From: the human T2T-CHM13v2.0 reference genome, Homo sapiens
Strand: one strand, 5' to 3'
DNA: 64,000 nucleotides
NCBI RefSeq assembly: GCF_009914755.1
Contig: NC_060930.1
Part shown: piece by piece, positions 55,360-64,000 of the stretch
How positions within the stretch are numbered: the first letter of the stretch is position 1
Layout of the letters: every line of letters starts with the position of its first letter
The notes under the pieces: generated by a model
The model's database searches: none
What the model saw: only the letters and a program-made list of their open reading frames with translations
Told to the model about the DNA's origin: nothing
Position numbers and translations under genes: made by a program

Positions 55360-55990
55360 AACTATATGACTTAAATGGTACAATCACTTTAGAAAACAAT
55401 ATGGGAGTAACATAAAATTAAGTATGCCTTTACAGCATAATCAAGGAATTCCACTCTCAGATATTCACCTTAGACATATGAAAATATATATCCATACATA
55501 AAATGTGTATGGTAATTATTTATAATAGCCAAATATCATTAGCTATTATTTCTAAAGGCTAAAAATCAGAAATAACCTAAAGGTTTTAACCTAATTGATA
55601 AATACATCAATAAATTGTGCTGTACTTGTACCATACAATATTACTCAACTGTAAAAGGAAACAAAATAGATGAATCTCAAAAATGTTATGCTAAATGAAT
55701 TAAGTTAAAATTAAAAGTCTATGTACTGTATGCTTCTATTAAAATGAAATTTTAGAAAAGGCAGAATTATAACAGCAGCATGTCCGTGGTTGCCTGGGAG
55801 CATGGAAGGGTAGGGGATGAAATACAAAGGGACTTGAGAAAACTGTTTAGGGTAAGGGATTGTTTGTCTATGTTAAATGTGGTGGTACTTACATGGTAGT
55901 ATATTATCCAAAGAATTAAACTATGTACTTAAAATTGTGAGTTTTATCTGTAAATACTACCTCAAAAAACAAAAAAGGAGAAAAAAATTA
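55360..55990 (+). mobile_element. Old L1M (L1MC-ME type) 3' end
   Basis: aaatggtacaatcactttagaaaaca..gaattccactct..gatgaatctcaaaaatgttatgct..gtggttgcctggg. Confidence 0.75.
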
Positions 55991-56924
55991 AATGATTTTG
56001 TCATTGATACCTAATGTGAATTCTCCAGAATAGTACATGACCGATGGAAGAGCATGTGGTTTATTATTTCACAATTCCAAACAGGAATATATTCACACAT
56101 AAACACACACTCAAGTGTGTTATGAGTAAAATTAAATCATCTTTAAATCTCTAAATACTAGATGATCTGCAGCATTTTACATATTTTGTGTGAAAACCTA
56201 CATATACTAGAAAAAGTTGGTTCAGTTTTATGTTTATATTGGTAGATAATTTCTTGTAAACTATAGATATGATTTTCTTAAAATAACTTAAACTTCTTTG
56301 TAAATGAAATATCTTGGTAAGATATTTCAGGCAAAATGTCTTTCTTAGATTGAGAGTATTGAGATCAAGCAGTGGCCTGTCAATCTCTATTGTCGAAATA
56401 AATTATGGTCAATAATTAGCAACAGCATTTATTTCTATTTAAACTCTGTTTGCTCTAATGTTACTCCACATTGCAATTATTTATTGTAATGTGTTTTGGG
56501 ATAATCCATAAAACACCAAGACAGCACATTGCAATAAGAGTATTTGATCTCCGAGAGAACAAAACTCTTAGGTCCTCCTTGATATAAATGAATTATATTC
56601 ATTTAAATATTGTCTGAAGGTTTGAATTCACAATCCATATCTCTTGTAGGTGAATCAGATTTAAGTAATCAAAAGCTTATCAGTGCTGTTGCTTTCTCAT
56701 ATTTTCTGCATCTAAAATGGTAAAATGGCCTTTTCTCCCTAAGTTTTCTGTTCCACATAAGGTTTCTTTACAGCAGTAAAATGTGTCTTTCCATGAATAA
56801 TACTACGATTTATGTTTTTGCTTTGGATGCATTTATTTGAAACCATCCCAAAATGTATTGAGCAGTAGGAATTTATACTTTTCAGCACTCATTTCTCCTT
56901 TTAATTATAATTACTGTGTTGCAG

Positions 56925-57027
56925 AAATTATACTGTCATTAATTCCAAAATCATCGTGGTCACAATAAGGCCTGAACCCAAAACAACCGATTCGTTTCTG
57001 GAGATAGAACTAGCTCATTTGGCTAAT
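56925..57027 (+). CDS. ADGRB3: ADGRB3 coding exon (103 nt, phase 2-0): [34 protein letters not shown]
   Basis: tgttgcag|AAATTAT...GCTAAT|gtaagt. GAIN 'VINSKI' strand and N-Y-T sequon; the GPS-containing exons lie beyond the window. Confidence 0.96.
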
Positions 57028-57150
57028 GTAAGTACCATCCACTGGGCACTGACTTGCTTATGGAATTACCTTTCTAACAGTCATTCTTTCAACTGATAAC
57101 ACCAGAATACATTTTCTAGACTTTTATAGTTGCAAATATATTAACTTGTT

Positions 57151-57308
57151 ATGAGTATGTGTATTATAAAGAAACAGAATGATTATTCTATGCTTTTTTC
57201 ATGATAAAATTCTCTTCAATTTATCCAAATGAGTATATGTATTATAAAGAAACAAAGAATGGTTATTCTATGCTTTTTTCATGATAAAATTCTCTTCAAT
57301 TTATCCAA
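57151..57308 (+). repeat. Tandem duplication, 78 bp + 80 bp
   Basis: atgagtat...caatttatccaa repeated back to back, near-identical. Confidence 0.95.
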
Positions 57309-57394
57309 ATAATAGTTAATAAATCATTTATCAGTGCACACATCTTTACCAAGCTTTGTGCTAGGCACTGGAGAAGATGAGGTGAGTAAAAGCC

Positions 57395-57484
57395 TGTTAA
57401 CTGTAGTGGTGCTTACATGGTAGTATACAATTATCCAAAGCATTAAACTATATACTTAAAATTGGTGAGTTTTATCTTTAAATA
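57395..57484 (+). repeat. Dispersed direct copy of 55871-55956
   Basis: 6 substitutions and 2 small indels over ~86 bp. Confidence 0.9.
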
Positions 57485-58253
57485 AAACTTGATCTCACTA
57501 TGTGGTAGGAAAGAAAAAATTTAAGTTGCATGCCACAGTAAAAGTTATAAACAGTGCAAAGGGGAATGATTAATTCAGAGGAAGGGGGTGCTGGGTGGAG
57601 TGGGTAACGTGTAGAAATACTAAGTCAAGGATCAGGGAAGGCTTATTATAACTACCTAGGTGATCGCATTGTCTAAATCAAAATCTTTCATCTCAGAATG
57701 AAAAGAACCCATTCTTAAATCTATCCAACTGCAGCTGAAATGCTTCAGATTTTGTTCAGTCCTCTGTACAAATTTTCAATGTCTGCTTATTATTTAAATA
57801 TTCACTTCAAATACTTAAATCATTGAAGTGGAGGAGCAAGGAAAGTGATCCCTATGAAAGTCTTCCTTATTGTACTTTCATAGTTCCTGTATTAAAATAA
57901 GTCAGTTTCATGATTTACTTGTACATATTTTTATCCTTGCAAAGTTTTTATGAAGTTGACCTTTCTTTACATTGAAAAAAAAATAAAGGAAAAAGTGATT
58001 AAGTCATTATCCCAAGCCCATGTAGTTAGTGAATGACATAGCATAATTTAAACTCACATTCTTTTGGCTGTAAAATTTGTGTATTTTCTACTATTGTGTA
58101 GTTTCTGATTTCCTGAAAAAAATCAGCCTTAGTTTTATAGAAAAATGATAATCACCTTTTCTGTGAATCACTTTTTCTAAGATGAGCCAGGCTTCCTGGA
58201 TTATTTAATAAAAATTTCAAATCTCTCTGCAATAACTTTCAAAGATCATTTGA

Positions 58254-58380
58254 TATTTAAACTATTTAACTTTAAACTATTCTAAATAGTTTAACTATTT
58301 AAACTATTTAACTTTAAACTATTCTAAATAGTTTAACTATTTAAACTATTTAAACTATTAGTTAATATTTAAACTATTAG
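58254..58380. repeat. AT-rich minisatellite: 42-bp unit x2 plus TATTTAAAC sub-repeats
   Basis: tatttaaactatttaactttaaactattctaaatagtttaac at 58254 and 58296. Confidence 0.9.
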
Positions 58381-59748
58381 GTGTTTTCCTGCTTTTGTCA
58401 AAATGTGACCATACTAGTTCTATCTAACCTTAAGAACGTGTTTTAGTTCTACAATATCTACCTCCTCATACCTTAGTATAGCCCTCATCTCTTCACTGCA
58501 CTGAGAACTGGGAGACATTTTTAACTTCTGAACATTTGCTTTTGAATAAAGAATTTGTGTATTCAAAATTTTTTACAAAAATATATGTTTTTATTGTTTT
58601 TCTACAGTTACAAGTATTGGGAGAATGTAGTAAGAGATATTAATTCTCTGTATCAGATTATAGAATTACTGAAGAAGCACCCAGTATCAGAATGTGTACT
58701 CTGTTTCTTATGCAGAGAACAGTTGTGCAAATGAATCACGAGACTTTGATAAAGATGAAATCATTATTTAGAACTTAAAGGACATGTTAAAGGAAGCTTT
58801 TTTAATAAATTAAAAAAGAGTAGTCTCAAAAATAGTGTTGAAATAGTCTCACTATTTGAGTATAATAAAACTATTTGAAATGAACGTATTTAAGCTTTGA
58901 GTCTGTCTTTTATGTTCTGGAAATGTGTTTTGTCAGCTGATTTACAGAAGATATAAACCATGTACTAAAAATATTTTCTACATATGGAAAACAAAGAACA
59001 TAGTCAACAAATTTTATTAAGCACCAGCTAGTACTGGAATGACAATGAAAGTCAGCATGTAAGAATGATGAGATAATTATCAGAAGTCACTTAGAATTAA
59101 TTGTGTCTTTCAGTATTTTGAGTAAGTGAATTGACCAGGTTCCCACGAGAATATATCTCCACTCTAGAAAGCCCATGTTTAAAATGTATGTATACATGTA
59201 GAAATCTGTTACAAAAAAGTGGATGGGGAGAGGAGAATAGAAAGAGGAACAATTTTATGCTAGAGAAGAAAAAGTCTCTAGGCGCTCTTGTTTGGAATCT
59301 GCCCGCCGTGCACATCGTGCCTCTTCTCAGAGGCTCCTCCAGTTACTGACCACACAACTGAGCCTCTCTGGGCTGCTCTGGACTCTTTTATTTAAAATAT
59401 CCATCTCACTGTTGTCTGTACAATATATACAGCCCTTCTACTTTAGTGTTTTGAATTTCTAAAGCTTATTGTATTTACATTTATTTTATTGCTAAAATTA
59501 GATTTTGTGAAATACTTTGGGAAGTATTACTGTTCACTAAGGGAGGGAATATGTGGTTTATTTATTGAATATCATAATATTATTACCAGTCTTATAAAGA
59601 TATATTCTATGTACTGAGATTAGTTTATTTCCATTGAAGAGAAGACAAAAAAGATCTATTTTGAAATATAATGTTAGCTGAAATGTGAAGAAAAAATATA
59701 TCTTAAATATGCAGACTGAAATTTATTAGAACAAGCCTGAACTTCATG

Positions 59749-59753
<5 letters not shown>

Positions 59754-59786
<33 letters not shown>
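59754..59786. repeat. (CA)n microsatellite
   Basis: Read directly from the sequence. Confidence 0.95.
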
Positions 59787-59789
<3 letters not shown>

Positions 59790-59800
59790 GTACATATATT

Positions 59801-60109
59801 CAGTTGGCCCTCAGTATCTGCATCCGTGGATTCAACCAACCACAGATCAAAAATATTTGGAAAAAAATGAAAAATAACAGTATAACAATAAAAATACAAA
59901 TGTAAAAATATAGTATAAAAACTATTTACATAGTATTTACACTGTATTATGGTATTAGGTCTTGTAAGCAATTTAGAGATGATTTCAAGTATACAACAGA
60001 ATGTGCATAGGTTATATGCAAATATATATAAGATACTTGAGCATCCATGGATTTTGGTATCTGCAAGGGGTTCTGGAACCAACCCCCTGTGGATGACAAG
60101 AGACAACTA
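59801..60109 (+). mobile_element. MER2 (TcMar-Tigger MITE)
   Basis: CAGTTGGCCCTC.GTATC..GGATTCAACCAAC..CTTGAGCATCCATGGATTTTGGTATC..GACAACT. Confidence 0.88.
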
Positions 60110-61914
60110 ATACAAACACACCCATCCCCCCACCTCCAACCTTCACACATATACATCCACATATATATATTAATATATAGTTATATATATGCATGTATAT
60201 ACATATACATGCCCATATTTGTTGCCTTCAAATTTTTTTAGAAATGACACATCTCTAATATCAAATCTGTCTACTTTCACCTATTTTCTTATATCAAAAA
60301 TATCCGTTATACTTTCAGGAAAGAATAACTTCAAAATTACATTTTATTAAAATGCCATGTGAAAAAAAAAAGGAAGAATGGGAATTAATAGTTACAGTGA
60401 GTTATAGTGAGTTAACAGGAAAAGCCTGTTAACATTTTCTTTTAAAAATGTGTCTCAGAAAGCTTTTTAACAAATAGCATTTACAATATGTTAAATATAA
60501 TAAGGCTCTTGGGAACTGATAGGAATAGGTAATAAAATATGGAACCTAGCAATTCCAAATTCTGTTTAGCAAAGCCAATTGCAGCTTTAACCAGATTAGT
60601 CATTAATTAGTAAGACACTATTCTTAGTTCAGTTTTTCAGGCTGATGGCTTCATTGTCATGACCTATAAAGTTAGGGTATATGGTCTTTAGTGCTTAAGC
60701 ATAACAATTAATTGCTTTAAAGAAATATCAAATATTTTTCTCCCTCCAAAAATTTGTTTTTTATATCACTTAAGAGTGACATTTATACTCATCAAATTTT
60801 TAGATCCTATAATGCATAAGGAAAGTTAATCATCTTATTGAAAATAATTCTTGAGGGCCAATGAGTGCAATGAGTAGATCCCTATGTAGACAAACACATA
60901 TGCTATTAGGATCCCTTGTGTCTGACAGGTCTGGGCCTACTGTGACTTTCCAAGGTGAATAACATCTTTATCTTTAAAGATGAGTCAGAAGAAAAAGAAG
61001 GTAAAATGCATTTTAGTTATCTCATGCTCTATCAACTTTGCAAGCCTGAAAATGCATACTTTTTCCAAATGAAGTCTTCATGTAGTTCCATTTCAAATGG
61101 AAAGATAGAGTGGACCATACCAGCCTGCAGTCTCATCTTGGCTTTTAAATTTTTTTTCCTCTGGGCATCAACTCCAAATGGTATAGGTAGGGTACTGCTG
61201 CTTTCAGGGTTGAGATAAATGCGTTATGTTTGTAGTTCTCAAATTGATCTAATGAAAATTTGGGCTTGTAGGTTTTGTTTTCTTTGCCATATTTGCGTGC
61301 ATTCTAATAGCATGAAGCTAACAAATTAAGAAATTTGTTTTATGTGTATAAACCAATTTTAAATGAAAATTAACCATGACCCTATGACCTTTGTAAATCA
61401 TAGTGGAAAACACAGTGACAACTGTAACGAATATGCTTGTTATCATTAGATAAGCATGAGAAACAATGAAAAGAAATTCCAACATTCATCAGTGGGTATT
61501 TTCATGAATATAAAGGTTAATAACCTAAGGATTTAAAAATCACTTGGCAAAACTTTGAAAAGTTCAGTGTGTGCATCCGTAATTTTCACAAAGGGCTGTT
61601 TGATATGCCTTTACTTTTTGAATTACTTTTCTGCCCTAGCTTTATCCATTTGGAAGTGGTTTCTGATATTTTGTCTGTTTACAGTTCTTGGTAACTTTTA
61701 TGGAGAGTCTTGAAATGCTACTAGACAAGGAGATTAAAGGCTCTTCCAACAACTGAAATTGAGATAGAAATTGCTCTCTGGCTACATTTTTGGTTATAGC
61801 CTAAATTTCTTCAGTAGACATCCTTCTTATGTTTCAAATTTAGTTTATTGTTAATTATAATACATAATTGATATTCTTTAAAAACACTTTAGTATGATTG
61901 TGCTATTGTTGGAG

Positions 61915-62131
61915 CAGGGGGTCAGCAAACTTTTTTAGATAAGAGTCAGATCGTAAAGAATTTCAGACATGAGAGCCATAATGGCTTCTGTCACATCCAC
62001 TGAAATATGGTGTTATAATCTGAAAGCAGCCATTGACAATATGAACCGATAGGTGTGGCTGTATTTCAATAAAAAGTAACTTACAACAGATGGCAGGTCA
62101 GAGTTGGCTCATGGGCTATTGTCAACCCCTG
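61915..62131 (-). mobile_element. MER58A
   Basis: CAGGGGGTCAGCAAACTTTT...GTCAACCCCTG terminal inverted repeats. Confidence 0.82.
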
Positions 62132-62225
62132 TGTGATACGCAGAATAGTGACTCCTCCAAAGACGTCCACATCCTAATCCCCAGAATCTATGACTGTGCT
62201 GTGTTACAAGCCAAAAGGGATGTTT
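62132..62225 (+). mobile_element. MLT1D-like LTR 5' fragment
   Basis: TGTG..GCAGAATA..CCAAAGACGTCCACATCCTAATCCCCAGAA. Confidence 0.75.
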
Positions 62226-63454
62226 GTGTGAGTACATGTCAAAACGCATATGTGTGTTACATGTCTCTGCTATAACCCCATATAATTAGTATTAGGACAT
62301 ATCATTATATTGCTTTTGGACGTAAAAGAAAAAGACATAGGCTATATATTGTACCTATATAAAATCTAGTTATTTAATTAATCTATTTCTTTATTAAAGT
62401 TATTTGCTACTTTAATTAATATTAAATACTTGCACAGTTTTAACTCTAGAAGACCCATTTGCTTGCTGAGAGGTACACCAGACTTTGTGCAGCCATTATT
62501 GGAAATGATGTGATCACATGCAGGTAGGACACTCTGAGACATATATGTGGAGGCAATGATTTTCTTTGAAGCATATACATGTAAAAACGTCCTGATGATG
62601 GTTCTGCTTTTTACTGCTTCCCATATGACAAGTGGAAAGTATTCCTCTGGAAATAATGCAGGTTAGTGATATATCTCAGAAATTAGAGAAGCAAGCTGTC
62701 ATCACATCTATAAAAATAGTGTCATGTGGTTAATGTGGGCTACTAACTATATAGCAGAAGTGATATTAAATATGTGCCCTCTCCTTGTATTCCAATCAAA
62801 TAGCTGCCAACTTTCTGTGAATAGCTATGTAACATAGATGGGACTCATTCTAATTAAAACAGTATTCTACATTTCTCACTTCAGTGGCCTTCATGTAATT
62901 CTGCTTTAGCTAAAGCCAATTTTTTTTTCATTCCATCTTAGTTTGTCTAGTTTTCAATGTGATGAGAATCCTCATAAAATCCATCCAAATTATCTACATC
63001 TCCAGCTTCCTAACAAATAAGAGTACAGTATTGTATTCTCAATGTGTCTTTTAAGGCTTTAGGTACACAGCAGCTGTCCCTTAAAAACTGAACATAAGAC
63101 CCAGACTTAGCTCCTTCTAAGTATCATTTAAAATACTAAAATATGGAACAGTACTTATCATAACTTTGAGAACATATTGGAGAAGAACATCCAGGAGATT
63201 ACTTCCTGTTGAGTTTTATATTGTATTTTTTCACTGCCTCATCCCCTTGCATGGTGTTTTACTCTTTAAGGGACTGTAGAACTGTTCATATGTTAAAAGA
63301 CATGACACTGAAATGGGTCCCTCTCACTGATCAACTATTAGCGGACTGTGATGGATTTGACTGTGGAAAAATTTACGTCTACTAATGTCTTGCTTCCCTT
63401 AGCAATTCCTGAGATGTTTTTAATGTGTCCTTCTGAAGTATCATTAAAATTATG

Positions 63455-63539
63455 GGGAGGCTGAGGCGGGTGGATCATGAGGTCAGGAGTTCAAGACCAG
63501 CCTGGCCAAGAGGGTGAAACCCCGTCTCTACTAAAAATA

Positions 63540-63575
<36 letters not shown>

Positions 63576-63760
63576 ATCCAGACGCAGTGGCAGATTACTG
63601 TAATCCCAGCTATTCAGAAGGCTGAGGCAGGAGAATCGCTTGAACTCAGAGGACAGAGGTTGCAGTGAGCCAAGATTGTGCCACTGCACTCCAGGCTGGG
63701 TGACAGAGTGAGACTCTCTCATTAAAAAAAAAAAAAAAAAGAAAGAAAGAAAGAAAAGAA
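63455..63760 (+). mobile_element. 5'-truncated AluS with an expanded middle A-tract
   Basis: GGGAGGCTGAGGCGGGTGGATCATGAGGTCAGGAGTTCAAGACC; ~32-A linker. Confidence 0.93.
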
Positions 63761-64000
63761 AAAAATTTATGAACAAAATATGAATTAGTCTTTTGCAGAT
63801 ACAGTTAGGCAAATTGGAAATATTCTTGAGGAATCTCCAAAATCTATTTGGGTAGTTATATACAATAATAACAATCTTTAGTAGGGAAAGAGAGAGAGGA
63901 TAAACTTAGCAAAATCCAGGTCATTTTAAAGTAATGCCTTGCCATCTAAAATTTAGGAAATTAAAGAGAGACAATACAGTGTCAGTTGAAGAGTCTTTCT

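Noticed and set aside
57388-60433. Shared 14-mer aaaagcctgttaac at 57388 and 60420, and a 9-bp hairpin at 60411-60433
   Set aside because: Several 14-mer matches are expected by chance in 64 kb; no extension beyond it.

Overview
AT-rich, CpG-poor primate (human or great-ape) genomic DNA from inside the large neuronal adhesion-GPCR gene ADGRB3 (BAI3), on the + strand. Five coding exons (7866-7934, 12219-12327, 42117-42266, 43201-43276, 56925-57027) have canonical AG/GT ends and matching phases. They splice into one open frame encoding part of the GAIN domain ([23 protein letters not shown]...IELAHLAN); the ORF track misses all five. The rest is intron filled with Alu, L1, L2, MIR, MaLR/ERV1 LTRs, Tigger/hAT/mariner DNA transposons and microsatellites. 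I found no evidence of a new gene system. The most unusual signal is a set of locally templated duplications: (1) a decayed copy of half of the 12219-12327 exon with a destroyed splice donor, 1.44 kb upstream; (2) a triplicated ~65-bp unit hit by both an L1 and an Alu; (3) a mosaic insertion containing a ~120-bp inverted copy of sequence 2.8 kb away; (4) ~86-bp direct repeats flanking the last exon; (5) a 20-bp flank-derived insert inside an L1. Repeat subfamily names come from remembered consensus sequences, and repeat boundaries are approximate.
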